Assembly: GCA_963812155.1 (NCBI GenBank)
Contig: CAWETW010000003.1
Coordinates: 416,001 to 480,000, forward strand
Length of the DNA stretch: 64,000 nt
Direction: 5' to 3'
Source of the DNA: Vulcanimicrobiota bacterium
Lineage (GTDB): Bacteria; Vulcanimicrobiota; Vulcanimicrobiia; Vulcanimicrobiales; Vulcanimicrobiaceae
The notes below the pieces were generated by a model. The model worked only from the letters and a program-made list of their open reading frames with translations. It was not told the origin of the DNA and ran no database searches. Numbering within the stretch: the first letter of the stretch is position 1; each line of letters starts with the position of its first letter. The translations under genes and the position numbers were made by a program. Positions 1 to 11,421 of this stretch are shown here, piece after piece.

Positions 1-1107
1 GTAAATCTTGCTCGGATCGTGCCCGCCGCGCTGCAGCGCCCAGATCGCGTCGTCGGTCCAGTCGGCGACGAGCTCGGCGGTTTCCGGGTAACGCCCGAAA
101 AACTCGTCGCGCACGTATTTTCCGTTCCGCGATTTGAACGTTTGGTAATCGCCGTCGACGCACTCCGTCATCAGCGCGACGAGCCGGCCGCTCGCGTCGG
201 CGCGCAGCAGCGGATCCCAGCTTCGCCCCCAAATCACCTTGATGACGTTCCAGCCCGCGCCCTTGAAGACGCGCTCGAGCTCTTGAATAATTTTTCCGTT
301 GCCGCGCACGGGACCGTCGAGCCGCTGCAGGTTGCAGTTGATCACCCAAACGAGATTGTCGAGTTTTTCCCGTCCGGCGAGCGAGATCGCGCCGAGCGAC
401 TCCGGCTCGTCCATCTCGCCGTCGCCGTGGAAGGCCCACACTTTGCGATCTTGCGCGTCGATCAATCCACGGTCGTGCAAGTAGCGCATGAAGCGCGCTT
501 GATAGATCGACATGATCGGCCCGAGCCCCATCGAGACCGTCGGGAATTGCCAAAAGTCGGGCATCAGCCACGGATGCGGATACGACGAGAGTCCCTTACC
601 GCCGACCTCTTGGCGGAAGTGGTCGAGCTGCTCTTCGCTAATGCGTCCTTCGAGAAATGCGCGCGCGTAAAAGCCGGGTGCCGAGTGGCCCTGTAAGTAA
701 ACGAGGTCGCCGCCGAACGTCTCGGACGGAGCGCGAAAGAAGTAGTTGAAACCAACGTCGTAGAGCGTCGCCGCCGACGCGAAGCTGGCAACGTGTCCGC
801 CGAGTTCGGAACTCACCTTGTTGGCGCGCACCACCATCGCGAGCGCGTTCCAGCGCACGTAGTGGCGGATGCGCGCTTCCACCTCGAGATCTCCCGGAAT
901 CTTGGCCTGCTGCTCGAGCGGGATCGTGTTGACGTAGGGCGTCTCGAGCCCGAGCGAGATCGGCACACCCCCGTGCTGCGCTTCGTCGACGAGCCGGCCG
1001 ATGAGCTGGCGCGCCCGGTCGGGACCCTCGGACGCGAGCACGCCGCGCATCGCGTCGATCCATTCTTGGGTTTCTTGCGGGTCCGGGTCGTGCGCGAGGG
1101 TCGTCAT
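1..1107 (-). CDS. aceE: Pyruvate dehydrogenase E1 component (homodimeric type); 5' part, runs off the window edge
   Basis: Manual translation from ATG 1107: [16 protein letters not shown]...PYVNTIP...[12 protein letters not shown]...[22 protein letters not shown]...[25 protein letters not shown]...[10 protein letters not shown]. Absent from the ORF track because the stop lies outside the window. Confidence 0.96.
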   Translation of the reverse strand, partial: MTTLAHDPDPQETQEWIDAMRGVLASEGPDRARQLIGRLVDEAQHGGVPISLGLETPYVNTIPLEQQAKIPGDLEVEARIRHYVRWNALAMVVRANKVSSELGGHVASFASAATLYDVGFNYFFRAPSETFGGDLVYLQGHSAPGFYARAFLEGRISEEQLDHFRQEVGGKGLSSYPHPWLMPDFWQFPTVSMGLGPIMSIYQARFMRYLHDRGLIDAQDRKVWAFHGDGEMDEPESLGAISLAGREKLDNLVWVINCNLQRLDGPVRGNGKIIQELERVFKGAGWNVIKVIWGRSWDPLLRADASGRLVALMTECVDGDYQTFKSRNGKYVRDEFFGRYPETAELVADWTDDAIWALQRGGHDPSKIY

Positions 1108-1211
1108 AGGTTGCGCTCCATTCCGCGGCGGGTGTGGATATCTTGCGCGAACCCAGGCACGCCGGCGGTACAGCCCCCGGTTACAGTCGCAAGCGTGAGG
1201 TACACCGCATC

Positions 1212-1649
1212 ATGCGAACGCTAGCGCTGCTGCTCTTCGTCGTCGCCGTCGTCGAAGGGTTCGTCATTTGGACGCTCTGGACGCACCGCGCGCCGTGCGC
1301 GCCCGCACCGGCAGCGTCGCCGCAAGGGTTGCTTAACGGCGGTTCGGGCGGCGACGCGACGCAAGGCGGTTCCGGCAGTACGCCGCCGTTGACGCCTGCA
1401 TCGCCGGCGCCGTCGGGACCGGGTCCCGATGCGAGCGCGTCGACGTCGGGAGGCGGAACGAATACGAGCGTATCCGGGGATCTCAATCAGGTTCCCGATC
1501 CCAACTGCGTCGCGAAGACGACCGCGTCGCTGCTAAGCACCGATCGAGCGAGCGCGCGGCCGTCGTGCGCGCCGATGAGTCCGCCGCCACAGTTACGGCA
1601 AGCCGCCAAACAGTTGCAAGACGGCACGGTTCCTGCGAGTTCGCCGTGA
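1212..1649 (+). CDS. Hypothetical membrane-anchored Pro/Ser/Gly-rich protein
   Basis: MRTLALLLFVVAVVEGFVIWTLW hydrophobic N-terminus, low-complexity linker, C-terminal Cys pair; stop overlaps the next start (GTGA). Confidence 0.6.
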   Translation: MRTLALLLFVVAVVEGFVIWTLWTHRAPCAPAPAASPQGLLNGGSGGDATQGGSGSTPPLTPASPAPSGPGPDASASTSGGGTNTSVSGDLNQVPDPNCVAKTTASLLSTDRASARPSCAPMSPPPQLRQAAKQLQDGTVPASSP

Positions 1650-3715
1650 AAATGCTGGCCGCGCTGTGCGCCGTCCTCGCCGTCGCCGGATGCTCGAACG
1701 CGCAACGTGCGCAATCGCCGCAGTCACCGTCGAGCTCCCCGTTCGCGGCGGTCACTGCGGCGCCGAGCGCAACGGATATCGCCACGGCGGCACCGGCGAC
1801 CGCCGCGACGCCCACGACGGCAACGACCGCGTCGCCGCCGCCAACTGCAACCCCGAATCCGAATCTGCTCACGATTACGAACGGCACGTTCGTCCGGCGC
1901 TGGACGACCGGCGTATCGGACTATGGCGTCAACGCGCTCGTGCGCGGCTCTGGATGGACGATAAAAACGGGCGTAACCAAACCGATCGACGTCGTTTTCG
2001 AACTTCCCGCGCAAGCGCACGTCACGGCGATCGCAATGCGAACCTATCCGGCGTCCGAAGCGACGTTTGCGATTTCCGCCGACGATCGCGCGTACCAAAA
2101 CATCGGAAAGGTGACGACGGCCGATGCATCGAGCGCAGCGCCGGTTGCCGTCGACGCACGCGGCCGGTTCGTTCGCGTGACGGTGGTGCCGCCGGGGCCG
2201 CAAACCTTCTCGATCGTGTTGCTCAACGCGATGGGAACGATGGGTGCGCCTTCGCCGGCGCCGCTCGACGGCCAATGGGTTGCCGCCGACGACGAAGACG
2301 GCAACGCCGATCGCATCGTCAACGGCGTTGCGGGCATCGTTCCGCCCTCGTGGAACGTCACGGCGAAGCGGGGACAGTACGCAACCTTCGTTCACGACGG
2401 AACGCTGACCGCGTTCTCGTGCAACAGCGATACCAACGTCAACGTCTGGCGCGGCGCGATCGGCGCAAACGGCGCGGCGTCGGGCGACGAATCTCTGCAC
2501 GTCGTCGCCGGCGGAACGCTGCTGATCGGGCGCGCGAACCTGCGAAGCGTCGTCGCGTATCGGGTCGCGCACGCGCCCGCATGCTCGACCACGGTTCGCG
2601 GCAACGGGCCGGAGGTCACGCTCTTCACGCGGTCTTCCAGTTTAGACATTCCAGCCGGGGATACGAAGTTTGTGGCCGGACACCGGTTCGTGCGTACGCC
2701 GTTGCCGTTGCTCGACCGGCACGCCATCGGCAGTGCCCGCGTCGCGGTCATCGCCGACAGTTGCCAGGTGGCTAAGGACCTCGCGCCGTGGCAAATAGCC
2801 GAGTTGCTGCAGTGGGTTCACGACGGGCACGTGCTGGTCGTTCGCGATGCCGACCGTTGCACGTCTTCCGACTATACCTTCATGCCGTACGCCTTTACGA
2901 CGTCGGCCGGCGGCCATGCGGCGGCCAGCGGGAAGCGTCTCGACGTCGTGGCCTCATCTACGCTTGGCAGCAGCAACCGCAGCGATCGCGCGCACTACAT
3001 CGATACCGCCGCGTATTTGCATTACGAACTGCAGCAACTCGGCGACACCGATTTGATGACCACCCACGACGAGCACTGGTGCGGCTTGATGTACGGGGTC
3101 AACGTCTACAACGTCGGCGGTTGGGTGCACGCGTACGCGCGCTACGGCAGAGGCCTCATGCTGTACAACGGCTTCGACGAAGACGACCTCTATTCACAAA
3201 TTCCGGAGGCCAAGCGTATCTCGCAACTCGAGTACGGGCAGTCTCCGTCGGAAAGTTTGCCGTGCAACGCGCACGTCGCCGACGGTCCACCGCACGCTGC
3301 CGCAAGCGCGCAGCACGCCGCAACCGTACGCGCGCCCGCGACGAAAACGACGATTGCGAAAGCTCTGCTGCAGAGCAAGCGCGCGCGCATCTACGGCATT
3401 CATTTCGACGTCGCGAGCGCGCACATTCAATCCGGATCCGAGCGCGTCATCGGTGAGATCGCGCAGGTGCTCCGCGAGTATCCATCCTGGCGCATGCTGG
3501 TCGAAGGACACACCGATTCGGACGGCGGCGCCGCGTATAATCTCAACCTTTCGCAACGGCGCGCCGCAGCGGTCGTCGCCGATTTAACGCACCGCTACCA
3601 CATCGCAGCCGCGCGCTTGCGCGCGGTCGGGTATGGCGAAACGCATCCGGTTGCATCGAACGCGGCGGCGTCGGGCAAAGCGCTCAACCGGCGCGTGGAG
3701 CTGGTGCGCTCCTAG
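1646..3715 (+). CDS. OmpA-family lipoprotein with discoidin-like N-terminal domain
   Basis: Lipobox LAVAGC, Thr/Pro linker, C-terminal OmpA motifs (IHFDVASA, VEGHTDSDG...NLNLSQRRA, GYGETHPVASN...NRRVEL). Confidence 0.85.
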   Translation: MKMLAALCAVLAVAGCSNAQRAQSPQSPSSSPFAAVTAAPSATDIATAAPATAATPTTATTASPPPTATPNPNLLTITNGTFVRRWTTGVSDYGVNALVRGSGWTIKTGVTKPIDVVFELPAQAHVTAIAMRTYPASEATFAISADDRAYQNIGKVTTADASSAAPVAVDARGRFVRVTVVPPGPQTFSIVLLNAMGTMGAPSPAPLDGQWVAADDEDGNADRIVNGVAGIVPPSWNVTAKRGQYATFVHDGTLTAFSCNSDTNVNVWRGAIGANGAASGDESLHVVAGGTLLIGRANLRSVVAYRVAHAPACSTTVRGNGPEVTLFTRSSSLDIPAGDTKFVAGHRFVRTPLPLLDRHAIGSARVAVIADSCQVAKDLAPWQIAELLQWVHDGHVLVVRDADRCTSSDYTFMPYAFTTSAGGHAAASGKRLDVVASSTLGSSNRSDRAHYIDTAAYLHYELQQLGDTDLMTTHDEHWCGLMYGVNVYNVGGWVHAYARYGRGLMLYNGFDEDDLYSQIPEAKRISQLEYGQSPSESLPCNAHVADGPPHAAASAQHAATVRAPATKTTIAKALLQSKRARIYGIHFDVASAHIQSGSERVIGEIAQVLREYPSWRMLVEGHTDSDGGAAYNLNLSQRRAAAVVADLTHRYHIAAARLRAVGYGETHPVASNAAASGKALNRRVELVRS

Positions 3716-3718
3716 CTC

Positions 3719-4051
3719 CTAGCGAGCCTCTGAAGAAGGCTCGCCGCCTTCCTCGGGTCGCTCGTCGATTGTGTAGAGCCACCACTGCGTTGCGCCGCGA
3801 CGCGCCTCGCGGTCGTAGTACACTTCGATCGTTGCGCCCTCCACCGTTCGCAACTCGAACCAGTGGCGCTTGAGATAGGTGTCGCCGCGGTCGTCCTTGG
3901 TGCTTTTCCAACGGCGCAGCACGGCGGCGATTTCGAGCACGCGCTCGTCCCACGCAAACGCGCGCGGCACCGGCGGCTCGTTGCCTTGCGTTTCGGCTAC
4001 GTAACCTTCGCCGCTCGGTTTGAGCGGACGGCTGACGAAACTTCGCGCCAT
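3719..4051 (-). CDS. Hypothetical protein, DUF6504-like
   Basis: P-x-AFAW...VLRRW...RHWFEL...YYDR...WWLY pattern; follows the SBP56 gene in the same orientation. Confidence 0.6.
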   Translation of the reverse strand: MARSFVSRPLKPSGEGYVAETQGNEPPVPRAFAWDERVLEIAAVLRRWKSTKDDRGDTYLKRHWFELRTVEGATIEVYYDREARRGATQWWLYTIDERPEEGGEPSSEAR

Positions 4052-4069
4052 TCGATACCGGAAAAGAAC

Positions 4070-5467
4070 TTAGGAAAAGCAGTACGAATCCGACGATGCG
4101 TCGCCGCCTTGCAGGCGAACTTGGTGAGCGCGGTACGCCGGATCGAACTCCACGAAGAACTTCTCGTCGAAGGCGATTTTGCCATCGTCGGCGACGTCGA
4201 GCTTCACCATCCAGTTTCCAACGCCGTCCGGGTAGAACTGATCGTCCCACGCGCGGTACAGCGAGTTGGTGAAGTACACGCGGCGTCCGTCCCGGCTGAT
4301 CTCGACCATCTGCGGTCCGCCGGCGAGCGCCTTGTCCGGACGTGCGGGGTGCGGCGTGCGCTTCGCGATGCCGCCGATGCGCACCGAGCCGACGAATTTT
4401 GGATCGAACGGATCGGTGACGTCGTATTGCCGCATTTCGCCGGTTCCCCAGCACGACGCGTAAAGATAGCGATCGTCCACGGAAAGATCGATGTCGCTCA
4501 GCAGCGGCGGGACGGCCGAGAAGCCCTTGAGCAAATCGGGCAGCTGCTCCGGTGTCGCGGGCTCGGCGGGAATCTCGATCACTTTCTTCGCCGTCCACTC
4601 GCCGTTCTTGCGGTGCCACAACCAAATCGAGCTCGATAGATCCTTGAGCGAGACGACGACGCCGGCGAATCCCCATTCATTGTTGGGGTCATGCGACGGC
4701 CGCAGTTCGAGCACCATTTGCTGCTCGGCGCCAAGATCGACGCTCTGCCGGTGCCTGCGGCTCTTGAGGTCCCAGAAATGGAGATGGTGGCCGTATTTTC
4801 CGGCGAGGAGCAGCTCGGGATCGATGCCGCCCTCGATCATCTTCGGCGTGCCCCATTCGCTCGTGATCATAACGTCGCGGTTGAGGTGCCACCAAAAATC
4901 GTAGGCGAAGTACTGGGAGCCGCGATCTTTTTCCCACGGACCGATGATGTCGAACGTATCGCAGTCCATCATGAAGATGCCGCCGGGTCCGTCGCCGTCC
5001 GCGTTGCCGAGCGCGCTGACGTAGATCGCGTCGGGACCGCAATGCACGGTGTGCGGCCGTGAGTACCCGGTGCGGGAAATCATCTCTGCCGGTTCGATGA
5101 CGCGCACGATCCGCGGTTGCGACGGATCCGCTTTCGTGTCGAGAATGTACATGCGCGACGACCGCAGACCCGGCACGACGAGATAGCGCCGTTCGACGTG
5201 CGGATGCGGTGCGAACGGACAGAGCGCCGCGCTGCACGCGTTCCAGCCGAAATGATGCAGCTCGTCGCCCGACGTGGGCAGCGCCACGCCGCCGATGGAT
5301 TGCGCGTACCGGGGCGACGTCGCGTCGGTGTCGATGACGGCGATGCGGTCGGTGACGCCGTTGCCGGTCGCGCTTAGCAGCGCGACGTAGGCCAGCGTCT
5401 CGGGCGGTGCATTTATGGCGTCCTTCGCGGAGGCATAAAAGGTCGGATCCGGTTTCAAAAGCTGCAT
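4070..5467 (-). CDS. Selenium-binding protein SBP56 family (methanethiol oxidase-like)
   Basis: GDELHHFGWNACS, RPHTVHC, YDFWWH, TSEWG, YGHHLHFW, GGPQMVEISRDGRRVYFTNSLY..WDDQFYP. Start set at MQLLKPDPTFY. Confidence 0.93.
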   Translation of the reverse strand: MQLLKPDPTFYASAKDAINAPPETLAYVALLSATGNGVTDRIAVIDTDATSPRYAQSIGGVALPTSGDELHHFGWNACSAALCPFAPHPHVERRYLVVPGLRSSRMYILDTKADPSQPRIVRVIEPAEMISRTGYSRPHTVHCGPDAIYVSALGNADGDGPGGIFMMDCDTFDIIGPWEKDRGSQYFAYDFWWHLNRDVMITSEWGTPKMIEGGIDPELLLAGKYGHHLHFWDLKSRRHRQSVDLGAEQQMVLELRPSHDPNNEWGFAGVVVSLKDLSSSIWLWHRKNGEWTAKKVIEIPAEPATPEQLPDLLKGFSAVPPLLSDIDLSVDDRYLYASCWGTGEMRQYDVTDPFDPKFVGSVRIGGIAKRTPHPARPDKALAGGPQMVEISRDGRRVYFTNSLYRAWDDQFYPDGVGNWMVKLDVADDGKIAFDEKFFVEFDPAYRAHQVRLQGGDASSDSYCFS

Positions 5468-5499
5468 GGAGCCTACTGCGATTGAGTGACCCAGGGCTC

Positions 5500-6144
5500 C
5501 TATGTGATGAGCGCGACGACGCCCGTGAGGATGAGGGCCGCGGCCCATATGAGGTCGAGGTTGATCCAGCCTGTCCGCAAGAACCGCACACCGATCTTCG
5601 TGTAGACGAGCAGCGCAATCGCCGTTGCCGCCGCGACATAGCCGAGCGTGTGCAGCCCGATCATCAGCCAACTGGTCACCAGCATGGCGTGCGGCACGTG
5701 CGCGAACGGCATCGGCATCGTCATCGCGCTCGCCGCATTCACGCGGCTCGTCGTCACGAAAGGCAGCAGCATGAGCCCCGCACCGTGCGCGCTCGACATC
5801 AGAAATCCCCACAGCGCGAGCCCCCAAAATCCGACGCGCATGCCGACCCAACGAACGTGCCGCGCGCGAACCAGCCGGTAAGCGCCGAACGCGATTAAAA
5901 TTCCCGCGGCGGCGACGTGCACGGCGCGATGCGGAAACTGCGCGGCCGCGTACGTCGCAACGAGCACGACCAGCGCGACCGACACGAGGTGTCCGAGCGT
6001 CAGCGGTACGATCGCGCGCACCACCGCGGCAGCGCTGCGTTCCTGGAATCCGAGTCCGACCGCAAACAGCCACCCCATGCCGGGATTCAGCCCGTGATAG
6101 CAGCCAAGCAAGAATAGCGCCGGCCAGACGAGACGGTCGCTCAC
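5500..6144 (-). CDS. Conserved membrane protein upstream of SBP56
   Basis: LGCYHGLNPGMGWLFAV, FLMSSAHGAGLML, WINLDLIWA; several transmembrane segments. Confidence 0.75.
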   Translation of the reverse strand: MSDRLVWPALFLLGCYHGLNPGMGWLFAVGLGFQERSAAAVVRAIVPLTLGHLVSVALVVLVATYAAAQFPHRAVHVAAAGILIAFGAYRLVRARHVRWVGMRVGFWGLALWGFLMSSAHGAGLMLLPFVTTSRVNAASAMTMPMPFAHVPHAMLVTSWLMIGLHTLGYVAAATAIALLVYTKIGVRFLRTGWINLDLIWAAALILTGVVALIT

Positions 6145-6212
6145 GCTTTCACCATTGGAGACACTCTATTCGCACGAGGAGAAAGTGAGCATTTCGCCGA
6201 GTAACGGCGGCG

Positions 6213-7214
6213 ATGGTCGTCAGCGGTTTCTCCGGCGCCGTCGGCAATACGCCGCTCGTCGAGCTGCGCGCCCTTTCGCGGGCCCTTGGACGGCGCGTTC
6301 TCGGTAAGGCGGAATTCCTCAATCCCGGCGGATCGGTGAAGGATCGGGCCGCTCGCGGCATCGTCGATGAGGCAGAAGCGCACGGCGCACTGCAGCCCGG
6401 CGGTACCATAGTGGAAGGGACGGCCGGTAACACCGGCATCGCGCTCGCACTCGTCGCGAACGAGCGGGGCTATCGGAGTATCATCGTCATTCCCGACGAT
6501 CAATCGCAAGAGAAGATCGATCTGCTGCGCGCCTACGGTTCCGACGTGCGCGTCGTCCCCGCGGTGGCATTCACCAATTCCGAAAATTACTACCACGTCG
6601 CGCGGCGCATCGCGGGCGAATTGCCTGGCGCGTTTTGGGCAAACCAGTTCGAGAACACCGCCAACAGGCGCGCTCACGAGGCGACGACCGGACCGGAGAT
6701 TTGGGATCAAACCGGCGGCCGAATCGACGCATTCGTTGCCGCCGCCGGCACCGGCGGGACGATCGCCGGCGTTGCACGCGCGCTCAAAAGCCGAAGCTCC
6801 GACGTGTTGACGGTGCTATGCGATCCAATGGGCTCGGCGCTCTATAACTACGTGAATGCGGGCTCGCTCGAGCCCGAAGGGGATTCGGATCTCGAAGGCA
6901 TCGGTATCAAACGGCTGACGGCGAATTTCAAAGGCGCGCCGATTGACCGCGCGGTACGGGGAAGCGACGCGCAAGCGGTCGCGATGGCGCATTGGCTGCT
7001 CGAGCACGAAGGGATATTCGTGGGCGGCTCCAGCGGGCTCAATGCCGTGGGCGCCGCAACGATCGCGCGAACCCTCCCCAGCGGCTCGACCGTCGTCACG
7101 ATTCTGTGCGACGGCGGCGGACGCCATCTGTCGCGCATTTTCAACGATAGCTGGCTGCACGAGAAGAGTTTTGGGAAGAGCCGGCCGCTCGACGCAATTT
7201 TAGCCGGCCCGTAG
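6213..7214 (+). CDS. cysK: Cysteine synthase A family PLP enzyme
   Basis: GNTPLVEL, KAEFLNPGGSVKDR (PLP lysine), EGTAGNTG, ANQFEN, GTGGT, EGIG. Confidence 0.88.
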   Translation: MVVSGFSGAVGNTPLVELRALSRALGRRVLGKAEFLNPGGSVKDRAARGIVDEAEAHGALQPGGTIVEGTAGNTGIALALVANERGYRSIIVIPDDQSQEKIDLLRAYGSDVRVVPAVAFTNSENYYHVARRIAGELPGAFWANQFENTANRRAHEATTGPEIWDQTGGRIDAFVAAAGTGGTIAGVARALKSRSSDVLTVLCDPMGSALYNYVNAGSLEPEGDSDLEGIGIKRLTANFKGAPIDRAVRGSDAQAVAMAHWLLEHEGIFVGGSSGLNAVGAATIARTLPSGSTVVTILCDGGGRHLSRIFNDSWLHEKSFGKSRPLDAILAGP

Positions 7215-7221
7215 GCGCCCC

Positions 7222-8158
7222 TCACATCGTTGCGTCTGGCATGACGCCGGAACGTTCTTCGCTCAGCACGACGCCGATCGCAGCGAGCAGGATGACGCCG
7301 CCGGCAATCGCGGCCGGACCAACGCCTTCGCCGAAGATGAAGAAGGCGAGCACGGCTGCAGAAACTGGTTCAATCAAGGTGCTGAAGGCGACCGCGCTCG
7401 GCGAGAACCAGCGCAGGGCGGCGTTGAGCGCCGTATGTCCGAGCAGTTGCGAGACGAGCGCCATGCCGAGAATGCCGCCCCAGGCCGGTAGATCCGCGAG
7501 CGCGGGTGGCCCCTGCCGCATCAGCACTGCGGCCGCGACGAGCACGATCGCCGCCCAGGCGTAGGTGCGCGTCACGATCGTGCGCGTGCCGAGCGAGCCG
7601 CGAACGTCGCGCACAATCAGCAGGTAGATTGCCATTGCGAGACTGCCGGCGAGCGCGAGCGCGGCGCCGAAAAGCGGATGTCCGGGTATCGGTGGCGCTG
7701 CGGCGTTAAAGCCGACCACCAGGGCGAGACCGGCTGCGCCGCCCGCAAACCCGCAAAGCGTGCGCAACGACGGCGTCCGGCGTCGAATCACTGCATCGTA
7801 GACGGCCGTCCAAATCGGCGCCGTCGCGACCAGCAGCGTGGAGACCGCCACCGTCGTGTATTGCAGCGATGCGATCCAGCCGGCAAAGTGGACGGCGAGT
7901 GCGACCCCGGCAAGCGCCAGCCCGCGCGACTGCCGCGGCAGCGGGGCAGTGCGATCGCGGCGGACCGTCGCGACCGCGAGCAGCACGGCCGCCGCAATCC
8001 CCAGGCGCAACGCCGATACGGCGAGTGGGCCCGCGCCCGTCAGCGCGAAGCGCGCGAAGATCGCGGCCGCCCCGACGGCGAGCTGCGCGCCGCCAAGCAG
8101 CGTGTAGGGAACGAAAAGCGGGCGCGGCGTTCTCTCGATGGCGCGCCGTTCGGCGCAT
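7222..8158 (-). CDS. DMT/EamA family transporter; start uncertain, possible 1-nt insertion near 8114
   Basis: About 10 transmembrane segments, HFAGWIASLQYTTVAVSTLLVATAP, QLLGHTALN, LIEPV. ATG at 8158 is in frame only if one T is removed from a T4 run. Confidence 0.8.
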
Positions 8159-8211
8159 CCGGCGGCGCGCACTCTTCGCAACGCCGGAGGCGGGCGCTGC
8201 CGCGCGTGTAA

Positions 8212-10477
<2,266 letters not shown>

Positions 10478-10497
<20 letters not shown>

Positions 10498-11113
10498 GCC
10501 AGTATGCGGCGTCGGGAGTTTCTGCGAGTGCGAGCGCGTCGGATGGAACGCGTACCGTCTTCGAAAGATGGTGCCACGCGTCGAGCACGCGCACGACGTA
10601 AGTTTCCGTCTCGTAGAACGGCGGGATGCCGCCGTATTGGGTGACGGCTTTCGGGCCGGCGTTATAGGCGGCGAACACCAAACTATAGTGCGGGCCGAAG
10701 CGATGCATGAGGCCGCTGAGATAACGGGCGGCGCCGGAGAGATTCTCACCGGCGTTGCGCGGATTGACGCCGAGGCCCGCGGCGGTCCCAGGCATCAACT
10801 GGCCCAGCCCGATCGCCCCGGCCCGTGAGACCGCGTGCGTGTGCCAACGGGATTCCACCGTAACGACCGCGATCAGCATGTTGGCGTCGAGCCGCCAGCG
10901 CTCGGCGTTGACGAGAACGCGGCGCGCGAGGTCGCGGCTCTGCCAGCGAGGCAGCTTGGGGTTAATTCCGTGCAGGACGGTGGCGTAGACCGCGATGGTT
11001 TCCGGGGTCGCGGCGACCGTTGCTTGAACCGCTGCACGAGCGGGCCGGCAACCGGCAGCAAGCGCGAAGCCAAACGCTGCAACAGCAGCGATGAAGGCTA
11101 GCCTCCTGTGCAT
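10478..11113 (-). CDS. Lytic transglycosylase (SLT domain), secreted
   Basis: VTVESRW, AIGLGQLMPGTA, AAYNAGP, ETETYV; signal peptide. Confidence 0.9.
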
Positions 11114-11189
11114 GAGCCTCGGGGGTTCAAGCCGCACCTGGGCGGCGCCTCCCCGGAGACCGGACGCTTGCGGGAGAAGGGCGGCCCCG

Positions 11190-11363
11190 ATGAGCCGCCG
11201 CCACATGTCCCCGCGCGCCCGGCGCGCATGGACGATCGGAATCGTCGCATTCTTCGTGGTCATGTGCGCCGCAATTGCGATTTCGCAGTGGTGGGCCGTT
11301 CACGTCAACGTTCCGCAGTACGAGTCGCACCATCGCGCGCACGCTCGCGCCTCGCACGTTTGA
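11190..11363 (+). CDS. Small single-pass membrane protein
   Basis: RRAWTIGIVAFFVVMCAAIAISQWW hydrophobic segment; fills the intergenic gap. Confidence 0.45.
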   Translation: MSRRHMSPRARRAWTIGIVAFFVVMCAAIAISQWWAVHVNVPQYESHHRAHARASHV

Positions 11364-11421
11364 TGCATCTTTGAGGCATTGCGCGCAGGAGTAGCGCGCG
11401 CAGGTATGGGACCCGGCGATT

